From: Naegleria gruberi
Lineage: Eukaryota
Reading direction: 5' to 3' (one strand)
DNA: 64,000 bases
Assembly (NCBI GenBank): GCA_000004985.1
Contig: GG738845.1
Part shown: positions 22,761-32,255 of the stretch, piece by piece
Position numbering within the stretch: position 1 is the first letter of the stretch
How the letters are laid out: each line of letters starts with the position of its first letter
Position numbers and translations under genes: made by a program
Notes under the pieces: generated by a model
What the model saw: the letters and a program-made list of their open reading frames with translations, nothing else
The model's database searches: none
What the model was told of the DNA's origin: nothing

Positions 22761-25700
22761 ATGAGCGAATTATTTGAAACCAGCAATCAAGAAGATGATT
22801 TGTTCGGGAACAGTGGTGAGGACTTCTCATCCTTTTTGCAACAACCACTTTCGAAACCAATAGGACAAAACACGGAGTTGGTTTCTGAAATGCATAGTAT
22901 TTCTTTATCCGATACTGTGGTTAACCACCCAACACACATTGAACAGGAGAATGACCAACAGGAAAACAATGATCAAATCGTGCCTTCTTATGAAACTGTC
23001 AAAGAAGAAAAAGAAGAAGAACCCCATACTACTCTTCAAGATGATGGAAAAGAATTTAATTCCGAACCGGTAAACAATGATTTAGGTTTTAATGGTGAAG
23101 ACGATTTATTCGGTGGATCAACCAGCAATGTACAGGATTTTGGTAGTATGATACTAATGCAACAAACACCTCCGATAGTTGAACCACATATTGCACCCCA
23201 AGAAATTGTTCCTCCAATTGTTCAAACTTATTTAAATCAGGAGAGTGCCATTCAACACCCTGAAAGTACCCATCCTATAATTTCATCTCCAACTATTAAT
23301 ACATCTTTTCCTCCAAATAGCGTTCCAACACTCAATCAATCCATCATTGTAAACAATAGTAGTGGTGCTACATCAAGTACTTTGAGCCCACCTCCTTTGC
23401 GTTCTACAAATAGTACCTCTTCAATTTCTTCCAGAAATAGATATGTGAATAGTTTCGGAACACAATCCAGATCTGCCTTCACTTTACCTGTTTCTAGCCC
23501 ACCAAGTGGTACTCCAACAAACATCAATCCTCAAACTCCTCCTATGGTGAATACTGAAAGAGTTGTTACAAGCACTCCCCCATATGGAAATTTAAGCAGT
23601 AGTTCTGTTATTCCTCAATATCCTCCAGTGGTTAATGCAATTAATTCAACATTGCCTCAACAAGTTCCAACTCCAACAAATGATAATCACTTTGCAAATC
23701 ACTATTCCAACAGCCAAAGCATGATTCCACTTAACAATAGATCTGCTGTTATGGAAGGATACTCTTCATCACCTCCACCTTTCCAAGGTAGACAAACACC
23801 AACCCAATTTGCAACTACAACTAATGGATTGGTAAATAACCCAATGATTAATAATGGACAAATGGTGAATAACTCATTGATGAATCCTGCTACAGTGAAC
23901 AATCAAAATATAAATCATTTGAATGGTAACTCAATGATGAGCCAATCAACTATGAGTAATATGGGGATGAATAATGGACAAATGATGAATAATTATGGAA
24001 TGATGAACTCTACAATTAACAATGCTCATCCAACTAATTTCATGCCTAACAATATGAATAATTCCATGAATATGATGAATCACCCACATTCCAACAGCCC
24101 AATGATGATGAATAACCCAATGAACCAATACATGAACCCAATGATGATGAATAATTCAATGATGCAAAGATCAATGTCTCCAAATTATCAACAAAATCAA
24201 ATAATATCTAGACAAATTTTAGATCAAGAAATTGAGTTACGTAAAACATATCCAAAACCAATATTTTGCTTTTCATTTGGTGGAAAGATTATTACATCTT
24301 TACCTACTATTAATCCACACTCGCAACCATCAAACAGCTTTGTTCACCAACAAAGAAATCAAGCTCTATACTATCAACCAGGATTATTTAAAGTGCAAAA
24401 ATTGAATCAATTAATTAATTATAGGTCCAGTATTATCAAATCATTGGAGGATTATCCAATCACCAATATTTCTCAACAATTTGATGAAAATAATTCAAAC
24501 AACATTAATATTTTGTTGGATCAATTGGTTAAATATATGAACTTGAAAATATATGAAAAGCAACAAGCCCTTATCCAAGATAATGACGAAAAGTGTATGG
24601 GAGAAAAAATGTTATGGGATTTGGTTAAAATTGTAAGCAAATATGTAAATGGCAATGTGAACATGGTAACTAGTGATATTAATTCCCTTCTTACTGTTCT
24701 AATTAATAACGTACCAACTGAATTACCAATTAATTCAGAAAATGAACAAACCTCCTTCAATGAGGCGGAACATGTTGTCAGTATTCAAAATTTGTTAATC
24801 AATGGCCAAATCAAGCAAGCTTGTCAATATGCACAAACCAACAAGATGTGGTCTCACGCTATACTTTTGAGTAGTATGATTGATAAACAGACATATCAAC
24901 AAGTAGTTTCCACTTTTGCCAAATTGACTCTCAACTTGGGTAGCCCACTTCGTACTCTGTATTGTACATTTGCTGGAAAGCCTTTGGAAGCATTTGAATC
25001 AAACAACTCTGTCAATGTTGATCAATATGGAAATCAATATACATTACAAACATCTCAAAACGAGCAACAACAATTAGAGAAAATGTCCTCTCAGTGGCTA
25101 CAAAATTTATCCATAATGTTTAATAATAGACAAGGTGCTACCAGTCAATCAGTAATTGAAAAGATAGGAGATATGTTGTGGAAGGATTGCTATCAAGTCC
25201 CTCAGTCTCACTTTTGTTACATGATAGGTGACTTGAGTGCTATTGTATCAGCATTTACGATAGCATCTAATTATCAAGCTGCAACTTCAAATCAATCATC
25301 CAAGGAAAATATTCAGCAACAATCGCAACAAGCAATGATTGCAATTTCCAATATTCTCTCCACTAGTATTGTAAATAAGAGAGTAATTTTATTAGGTGGT
25401 GATAATAAGAGAGATCTTAGACATTATATTAACGAAGAAACAATTCAATTGTCAGAGATTTTTGAATTACTTAAAGCAATTATCACTAAGAATTGCTTGA
25501 CAGCTGTCCAAGAACAAAATACCCCTCCAATATCAATGATTATTAATTCATCATTGTTAACCTACAAGTTGGTATATGCATACTGCCTTGCTGATTTTGG
25601 ATTCTTGGAAAAGGCAAATGAGTGCTGTGATTATTTGATTGAAATTGTGAAGAGAACTCAGCAATCTATGAAGTTCAATAATTATTTCAAACTCCACCTT

Positions 25701-26633
25701 CAAGAGCTCAAAAATAGAATTATTGAAAGTAATAGACTTAACAATATAGTAGTACCTCAAAGGAAACCAACCTCAGGTGCAGCTAATAATTCAGGGGTAA
25801 CGGGATGGTTCATGAAGGGTTTAGAGAGCATAATCCACGGTGGAGATAGTCCAACAACTCCAGTCGAAAGTACAACTACCCTCATTCAAACCAATACAAT
25901 CAATACCAACTCAATGATACCAAACAATAATATTCCATCCCAACAACAGCCTAATTATCACAATACCATTGGCCAGGGTATTCAAGCAAATCCAATTCGC
26001 TCATCTACACCAACTAATATGATTTCTACTCAGCCTTCTTATCAATCATCTACTCAAACCCCACCACCCTCAACTCACACACCTCAACCACCTTCCTATC
26101 AAGCAACATCTATTCAAACTCCACCACCTTCCAATAATACTCCTCCACCAACCTCCACACCTCCAGTCAACCAAGCAATTAATAATACCTATGCTGAAGA
26201 AGGAAGTGGTGTTGGTGGTTGGTTCAAGAGTTTGTGGGGAGGAGGAAGTAAAGCAAGTAAGAAAGAAGCAAACATTGGCAAGAAGAATGAATTTTATTAC
26301 GATGACATAAAAAAGAGATGGGTAAGAAGAGGTCAAGAGAACGAAGTTGAAGCACAGGTCCAAGCTCCTCCACCATCTCTCTCTGCAATCTCTTCCACAA
26401 CCCTCCAATCTGCTGCCTCACAAATGAGAGGAGGTGCTGGTAGATATGTAAACATGTTCAGTGGCCAACAACCCACAAGTAATCCACCAATGATGTCAAA
26501 TATGCCTCCACCAATGATGGGAAATATGCCTCCAAGTAACCCAATGACGGGAAATATGCCTCCACCTTCCTTTGGTACAATGCCATCATCTAATATTATG
26601 CCTCCATTCTTCAATCCTAACACCAATAATTAG
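22761..26633 (+). CDS. SEC16: Sec16-like COPII ER-exit-site scaffold (1290 aa). N/Q/S/P-rich low-complexity flanks.
   Basis: Central conserved domain with …KQACQYAQTNKMWSHAILLSSMIDKQTYQQVVSTFAKLTLNLGSPLRTLYCTFAGKP…, as in Sec16 CCD/ACE regions. Long NNGQMMNN/PPPS tracts. Confidence 0.7.
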   Translation: MSELFETSNQEDDLFGNSGEDFSSFLQQPLSKPIGQNTELVSEMHSISLSDTVVNHPTHIEQENDQQENNDQIVPSYETVKEEKEEEPHTTLQDDGKEFNSEPVNNDLGFNGEDDLFGGSTSNVQDFGSMILMQQTPPIVEPHIAPQEIVPPIVQTYLNQESAIQHPESTHPIISSPTINTSFPPNSVPTLNQSIIVNNSSGATSSTLSPPPLRSTNSTSSISSRNRYVNSFGTQSRSAFTLPVSSPPSGTPTNINPQTPPMVNTERVVTSTPPYGNLSSSSVIPQYPPVVNAINSTLPQQVPTPTNDNHFANHYSNSQSMIPLNNRSAVMEGYSSSPPPFQGRQTPTQFATTTNGLVNNPMINNGQMVNNSLMNPATVNNQNINHLNGNSMMSQSTMSNMGMNNGQMMNNYGMMNSTINNAHPTNFMPNNMNNSMNMMNHPHSNSPMMMNNPMNQYMNPMMMNNSMMQRSMSPNYQQNQIISRQILDQEIELRKTYPKPIFCFSFGGKIITSLPTINPHSQPSNSFVHQQRNQALYYQPGLFKVQKLNQLINYRSSIIKSLEDYPITNISQQFDENNSNNINILLDQLVKYMNLKIYEKQQALIQDNDEKCMGEKMLWDLVKIVSKYVNGNVNMVTSDINSLLTVLINNVPTELPINSENEQTSFNEAEHVVSIQNLLINGQIKQACQYAQTNKMWSHAILLSSMIDKQTYQQVVSTFAKLTLNLGSPLRTLYCTFAGKPLEAFESNNSVNVDQYGNQYTLQTSQNEQQQLEKMSSQWLQNLSIMFNNRQGATSQSVIEKIGDMLWKDCYQVPQSHFCYMIGDLSAIVSAFTIASNYQAATSNQSSKENIQQQSQQAMIAISNILSTSIVNKRVILLGGDNKRDLRHYINEETIQLSEIFELLKAIITKNCLTAVQEQNTPPISMIINSSLLTYKLVYAYCLADFGFLEKANECCDYLIEIVKRTQQSMKFNNYFKLHLQELKNRIIESNRLNNIVVPQRKPTSGAANNSGVTGWFMKGLESIIHGGDSPTTPVESTTTLIQTNTINTNSMIPNNNIPSQQQPNYHNTIGQGIQANPIRSSTPTNMISTQPSYQSSTQTPPPSTHTPQPPSYQATSIQTPPPSNNTPPPTSTPPVNQAINNTYAEEGSGVGGWFKSLWGGGSKASKKEANIGKKNEFYYDDIKKRWVRRGQENEVEAQVQAPPPSLSAISSTTLQSAASQMRGGAGRYVNMFSGQQPTSNPPMMSNMPPPMMGNMPPSNPMTGNMPPPSFGTMPSSNIMPPFFNPNTNN

Positions 26634-26695
26634 TTGGAATAAAATGCAAAAAATAATTGAATAACAAAACTTCAATCAAAAAAAATACCAGCACA

Positions 26696-27277
26696 ATGCC
26701 AAAAGTAAGAGAATTAAAACACCACGAACAAAAGCTATTAAAAAGAGTTGATTTTTTAAATTGGAAGTCGGATGGTGTCACTCCCGAATATAAGGAATAT
26801 ATCTTAAAAACCATTCAAAAATACCAATTAAAAGATCAGAAGGAATTTTTTAATTACCAGAGAATAGCAACACAAATCAACAACACATTAAATAGTATTA
26901 AAGAATTAGATGATAAAATTTATAGAGACTTTAAAGTTGATCAATTAGTGATGCTTGGTAAAAAATTATTTGATATGGGAATTTTGGATTCGGAAGCAGA
27001 AATAGAAACATTAAAAAAGATAACTGTGGGTAGATTGTGCAGGAGAAGAATCTCGTATCTTCTCAAGGTTTTACACTTCTCTGAAAGTGTAAGATTGGCT
27101 AATTTGAATATTCAACATGGCCATATTAGGATTGGACCAGAAGTTGTCAAAGATGAAGCATTCCTTGTTTCAAGAAATCTTGAAGATTTTATTACTTGGA
27201 CAAACAAATCAAGAATCAAATCAACAATTCGTAAATTTAATGAGACATTTGATGATTTTGAAGAGCTACAAGAATAA
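26696..27277 (+). CDS. IMP3: U3 snoRNP protein Imp3 (S4-domain), about 193 aa.
   Basis: MPKVRELKHHEQKLLKRVDFLNWKSD… plus S4-like RRISYLLKVLHFSESVRLANLNIQHGHIRIGPEVVKD. The ORF-track start at 26657 is a TTG. The true ATG is at 26696. Confidence 0.85.
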   Translation: MPKVRELKHHEQKLLKRVDFLNWKSDGVTPEYKEYILKTIQKYQLKDQKEFFNYQRIATQINNTLNSIKELDDKIYRDFKVDQLVMLGKKLFDMGILDSEAEIETLKKITVGRLCRRRISYLLKVLHFSESVRLANLNIQHGHIRIGPEVVKDEAFLVSRNLEDFITWTNKSRIKSTIRKFNETFDDFEELQE

Positions 27278-27470
27278 AATTAATTCTACTGATTTTCCTT
27301 CTCTCAAAATATGTTATCTTCACAAGTGCTAGGAAGGTGATTAGGGTTGCTCTATTGATTTCTACCTGCATCCCTTGGAAAACCATACGGAAACTTGAAC
27401 ACACGTCTTGTAGAACAATGTTCATTTTGAATGAAGCAATATTCTGAAAACAAGGCATATTGTGATTATT

Positions 27471-28691
27471 TTATATTTTACAAGAATTCAGGTATTGTCT
27501 TAATTCAGATTCAAGATCAGAAGCAGAAGGTCTGTCATGCATGACAGGATCAACCATGGCCATTAGAATGGCTCTCAGCTCTAAACTCATGGTTGCTGTA
27601 AGTTTTGCAACAAGTGGTCCCCAATCAGAGACTTTACATTGAGGATTTCTGGATGTGGCACTTTCATAAAAATCTGTGAAAACTTTTGGATTCATCAAGT
27701 ACAAAACAGTAGCTCCAAGCGAAAAAATATCTGCCTTTTCGTCAAAATATTTACATCCATCAATTTCTGGTGGTTTGAACATGGGCTCCAAATATGGAAG
27801 ATCATGTTTCAAATACTCTTGTCCAATAACATCAAACAGGCGATAAGCCTCTCTTTTGAAATGAACACAGTATTCGAAATCCTGAAGAACAAAACAAAGA
27901 AAGTTTTGAGATAGTTTTCCTCCTCTTCTTCTTACATTAGATGGACTCACATGCAAATGACAAACATTTCTCTTGTGTAGAAATCTTAGAGCACTTGCTA
28001 TGTCTAAAATTAAAAGACATACTGTAGTTTCATCCCATATTAGATCTTGTTCAATATTTTCTAGAGACTCCATTTCACAGTATATATTGTTATTGAATAA
28101 TATGAATGGTAATTGTTTGGAATAATCAGAATGAGAAAGAAGTAGGCCAATTATGTATTTCTCATTCTTTGTCAATTGTTTTAGTATTGTATTGCTTGCA
28201 ATGGAATACATTGTAGAATTGTTATTAGATTCACCAATATATTTCAACACTTTTCTGTTGAACAAAATACTTGTTGTTTCTGTGGAAAAAGTTGATGTTA
28301 AATTGTGTTTTGTCTTTGAGTGTTGATATTCAATGGACGATTCGATGGCAAAATCTGTTTTTTCTTTTTCGTTTTGGTTGGCCTTTCTGATAGGGCTATA
28401 AAGGGCTAGTCTCGTTGAAAGAACAGATATTAACAATAAAATGGAATCTAAATCTGTAGAGCTGAATTCCTTATGATACAACCGATAATTCTTAATAAAT
28501 ACAGTGGATTCTGTTAAAGTCTCAGAGTCCTCATCTCTTCCTGGTGTGCAAGTTTTGAAGGGACATGCATCCAAGATAAGTAAATGAATTTTGGCCTTAT
28601 TTACAATTAGAGCCATATTCTTTGTTTTGTTTTCGACCTCGTCCATGGAAATATTGGAATTCATTAAATTATTTACCAAAGAACTTTTCAT
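27471..28691 (-). CDS. Protein-kinase-like protein, predicted catalytically inactive (406 aa from Met-28691). The open frame continues without an ATG up to 28859.
   Basis: Kinase C-lobe pattern …ILDIASALRFLHKRNVCHLHVSPSNV… (HRD replaced by HLH), DFG replaced by DFE (VLQDFEY), ADIFSLGATVLYLM. No glycine-rich loop visible. Confidence 0.55.
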   Translation of the reverse strand: MKSSLVNNLMNSNISMDEVENKTKNMALIVNKAKIHLLILDACPFKTCTPGRDEDSETLTESTVFIKNYRLYHKEFSSTDLDSILLLISVLSTRLALYSPIRKANQNEKEKTDFAIESSIEYQHSKTKHNLTSTFSTETTSILFNRKVLKYIGESNNNSTMYSIASNTILKQLTKNEKYIIGLLLSHSDYSKQLPFILFNNNIYCEMESLENIEQDLIWDETTVCLLILDIASALRFLHKRNVCHLHVSPSNVRRRGGKLSQNFLCFVLQDFEYCVHFKREAYRLFDVIGQEYLKHDLPYLEPMFKPPEIDGCKYFDEKADIFSLGATVLYLMNPKVFTDFYESATSRNPQCKVSDWGPLVAKLTATMSLELRAILMAMVDPVMHDRPSASDLESELRQYLNSCKI

Positions 28692-28894
28692 GACTATTAA
28701 AGTTTTGAAAAGATCGGATCCTAAATTTTCCCAATCATCCTCATCATCTGATCTAACTTGAGAAAAGAAATAGTTCTTTCCAAAAGATTGAGCACAACCA
28801 TCAATTGATATGTAAAAGTTTTGGAAAGGCCATCCACCTTGGCTTGCAATTGATTTGAACTATTCTTGTATGAGACAAGTAACAGAAATAAAAC

Positions 28895-29758
28895 TTACCA
28901 ATGATATTTTGAATCAGTCATGGAGATTAAGTTTTTCATTATGGAATGAAATGAGATAGAAATGTCATTCTTTGTTGTTTCCTCATTCAAACAATCACTA
29001 ACAAACTGAAACACACTGCTCAAAACTCCAAGAAGCGATTTTTTGCTGCTACGAGGAAGGGAATCTGATATTTGTTCCAGCAAAATATCCAATGATTTGT
29101 CATTTGTAACGTTTGATGATTCCTCTTCCATTTTCGTTGCTAGTACAGACAATTGTTGAAAAATTGATTCTTCGAATAATTCATGATGTTTCAAGTTTTG
29201 ATCAAAACTTGAAAGATATATACCCAAAGCGCAACAAAAGGAATCAACCTCGGATTTTCGGAAAGGGGTTGAATCGAGGATGTGATTAAAATGTTTCTTT
29301 TCCTGCAATTGTTGACCCATGTTGGATAGGTATTGGGTTAATTGTTTGATAAGAATTTCAAATTTATCTTCATCCGATAATTCCTCACATTCGTTGACAT
29401 CATCAATAAATTTACATAGACTCTCCTCATGATGTTTACTAACCCTCTTTTTGAGCCTTAATTTGTTCAGTGTTAAGGGAGAGGGTTTTGGAGTTTGATG
29501 TAAGGATTGGATCGTATTTTGTTGTTTGGTGCTTTTTGTTGGGAATGATCCAAGCTTTTCCAAATTATCATTACTGCCACGGTTTTGAATTGGTATACCA
29601 AACATAATGGTGAATCTGTCCAAATGGTTTTTTGGTGAGTTAACAGATGTAGGTGATAGATTTGTTGAGAGTTTGTGTGAGAGTAATAATGGAGAGGTGT
29701 TCTCCCTTGTTGGAGTGTTTCCAACAAATGTCTTGGAGGTATGTTTGTGGAGACTCAT
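28895..29758 (-). CDS. Hypothetical protein (about 287 aa), Ser/Thr-rich N-terminus. Possibly the 5' part of the kinase-like gene.
   Basis: Long minus-strand ORF. The track start at 29764 is a GTG. The first ATG is at 29758. It ends at TAA formed by the TGG|TAAGT sequence, which is also a perfect splice donor. Confidence 0.4.
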   Translation of the reverse strand: MSLHKHTSKTFVGNTPTRENTSPLLLSHKLSTNLSPTSVNSPKNHLDRFTIMFGIPIQNRGSNDNLEKLGSFPTKSTKQQNTIQSLHQTPKPSPLTLNKLRLKKRVSKHHEESLCKFIDDVNECEELSDEDKFEILIKQLTQYLSNMGQQLQEKKHFNHILDSTPFRKSEVDSFCCALGIYLSSFDQNLKHHELFEESIFQQLSVLATKMEEESSNVTNDKSLDILLEQISDSLPRSSKKSLLGVLSSVFQFVSDCLNEETTKNDISISFHSIMKNLISMTDSKYHW

Positions 29759-30120
29759 CAGCACCTCCTTTTTAAACGTCTTGGAAATATTTTGTTCTTA
29801 TTATACCACAGTGCTATCAATAATGGAAGAAATTGTAACGGTTGGAGGGTAGTGTCTGTAAGGCGTTCAAATAAGGGTGTGGATTAATTTTTTAAGAATT
29901 AAAATTCATTTATCTAAAAATTAAAAAATTACATATTTTGCGCTACCCAATTAATTAATAATTTTATTTGAAAATTATTCAAGAACTGTTTGAACTTTTC
30001 CCATTTCTATTGAAAACATTCTGGTAATTCAATATTCCACTAATTTAAAAATATCGAAACTTTTTTTAGGAAATCTATTTACAAATTTATTTACATTTTT
30101 TAAATTTTCTTTTTACACCT

Positions 30121-30375
30121 CTATTTCTTCTCCTCAAAGGCTTTCATGATTTCATCAATCTTCAACTCTTCAGTGGTTGCTGATTGATGTTTTGGTTTTG
30201 AATCTCCGAGAAAATCATCCATAAAACTCATGGAGGAGGTTGTTGAGGAAGCACTTTCGCTTGGTTTAACATTATTATTGGAGCTAAAAAAATCTCCCAA
30301 CTCATCACCTAACTTATTATGTGGTTGAGTGGTTGGTGTAGAGTTTGATTGAGTGGTAAAATTGAATTCTTCCAT
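30121..30375 (-). CDS. Small acidic Ser/Thr-rich protein (84 aa), unknown function.
   Basis: Isolated ORF with an ATG start, flanked by AT-rich intergenic DNA. No family recognised. Confidence 0.3.
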   Translation of the reverse strand: MEEFNFTTQSNSTPTTQPHNKLGDELGDFFSSNNNVKPSESASSTTSSMSFMDDFLGDSKPKHQSATTEELKIDEIMKAFEEKK

Positions 30376-30564
30376 ATCGAACAGTGTAATTGACTCTTTT
30401 TTTCTTTGCTTATTTTTTTAGTTACTTTATATTGACAGCATGACGTGATAGATACATTTTTGGTTTGAATGTTGACAAAAGTATTTCTTACTTGTATTCT
30501 TTACAAAATAAAACTTGAAATAAATATGAATCATTGAAAAATTTAAAGTTGTTGTTTATTGGAT

Positions 30565-31870
30565 TTATTTCTTATTCCAAGCATCCATAACTTGTTTCAT
30601 GGTTTCTCCGAGTCTGGCAGGAGATCTGGAGACGACAACACCAGCATCTTCCAAAGCCTTAATCTTTGATGGAGCATCACCCTTACCACCACTGATAACG
30701 GCACCAGCGTGACCCATTCTTCTACCTGGTGGAGCAGTAACACCAGCAATGAAACCAACAACTGGCTTCTTAATTGGGTGATTCTTTAAGAATTCGGCAG
30801 CATCTTCTTCAGCTTGACCACCGATCTCACCAATCATAATAATACCTTCAGTTTCAGGATCATTCAAGAACAAATCCAAAACTTGAATAAAGTTAGTACC
30901 ATTGAATGGATCACCACCAATACCAATACAAGTGGATTGTCCCAAATTGACAGCAGTAGTTTGGGAAACAGCTTCATAAGTCAAAGTACCGGAACGAGAA
31001 ACAATACCAATCTTACCCTTTCTGTGAATGTATCCAGGCATGATACCAATCTTGGATTCTTCAGGTTTAATAACACCAGGACAATTTGGACCAACCAAAC
31101 GAATGTGCAAATTGTTTCCGTATTCAGGAGCAGAAGGAACCAATTTACGGAACAATTCAAGATCTGAACCCTTTCCAAGAACAGCATTACCCTTTGAACC
31201 AAAAGATGGTTTAAAGATTTCATCAAGAGTCATTCCTTGGGCAACTTCATCAGCAACTTGACGTGGTGCACCATATTTACGGAACATTTCCAAGTTCTTT
31301 TCATTGAGAGCTTGCTTGACAATGAGCCTGTGTTGTTTCCAATCATTATCATCATAAATTTTGTTTAAAGATTATTTTGATTGAATCATCATAATTTTCC
31401 ATATTTTCCAAGTAATTTAATAAATTCCAATTAATAATAATTGCTATTACTTACATATCATGTTGAGGAATACCTTCAGTAATACAAACAATCAATGGCA
31501 TTTCGGCTTCAATACTTTCCAAAATAGCTTGGGCAGCACCAGAAGGTGGAACGTAGATAACACTGGCAGAAGCACCAACCTTTTCTCTAGCTTCCTTTAC
31601 ACTAGCAAAGATTGGAAGGTCCATGTTTGGGTGAGTTTGACCACCTTTTTGTGGGTGAACACCACCAACCATCTTGGTACCATATTCAATAGCTTGTTTG
31701 GTGTGGAAAGTACCTTGCTTACCGGTAACACCTTGGCAGATAACTCTGGTATTCTTGTTGAGGAGCAATGTTCTCTTTTGAGTATTCTTAGTTAGGAGTT
31801 GTTGAACAATGCTGGCTTGAAGAGCAGATTTCTTGTTGGTGTTTTGGAAGAGTGATTTAGAGAGAAACAT
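30565..31870 (-). CDS. Succinyl-CoA synthetase (succinate-CoA ligase) alpha subunit, with a mitochondrial-type presequence. Two exons: 31870..31455 and 31327..30565, with a 127-nt intron. About 392 aa.
   Basis: CoA-binding domain [31 protein letters not shown]…[13 protein letters not shown], then [13 protein letters not shown]…[14 protein letters not shown]…[40 protein letters not shown]…MGHAGAVI (catalytic His loop). The ORF-track start at 31936 is a TTG. The ATG is at 31870. Confidence 0.85.
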
Positions 31871-32255
31871 TTTTGGATTATTTTTTATGAGTCCTCTTTG
31901 AGACTTCTCGTTTTCCAAGATCAAAACCAGAGTCAATTATTCAGTCTTTATTCTCCATGTTTAATTAAACAAAAGCTTTTATTTGCGCCATTTCACTTGT
32001 TACAATTATTGCTCTCTTTTTAATACAACAAGGAAGTTGTAGGATTCCTTTTTGATTGTTGGAGGACCCATTCCACTTACCAAATTGTAAAATAGTTGAA
32101 TTAATATTTGTGAAAGTTTTAAAAATTTGATATTATTGTATGAAAAGATAATATGATGAGTATTGTCAATGGCAGTAAACATGCTTGTTGATGAAATTCA
32201 AAAGAATGAATTTTGGATGGTTGATGTTTTCAATAAATAATTAATAAATAAAAAA

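Noticed and set aside
26657-26695. ORF-track start sites at 26657, 41191, 50814, 49950, 31936, 29764 and 13594.
   Set aside because: These begin at TTG or GTG (the ORF finder accepts alternative starts). I moved gene starts to the first ATG or treated the segment as an internal exon.
28860-28898. Simple 39-nt intron joining the 28895-29758 ORF to the kinase-like ORF.
   Set aside because: Donor and acceptor are perfect, but the join is out of phase by one nucleotide. I therefore kept them as separate features and flagged the issue in findings.
31328-31454. Possible intronic box C/D snoRNA in the 127-nt SCS-alpha intron, which contains two TGATGA motifs.
   Set aside because: No downstream CTGA (D box) or terminal stem could be found. 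TGATGA occurs by chance in AT-rich sequence.
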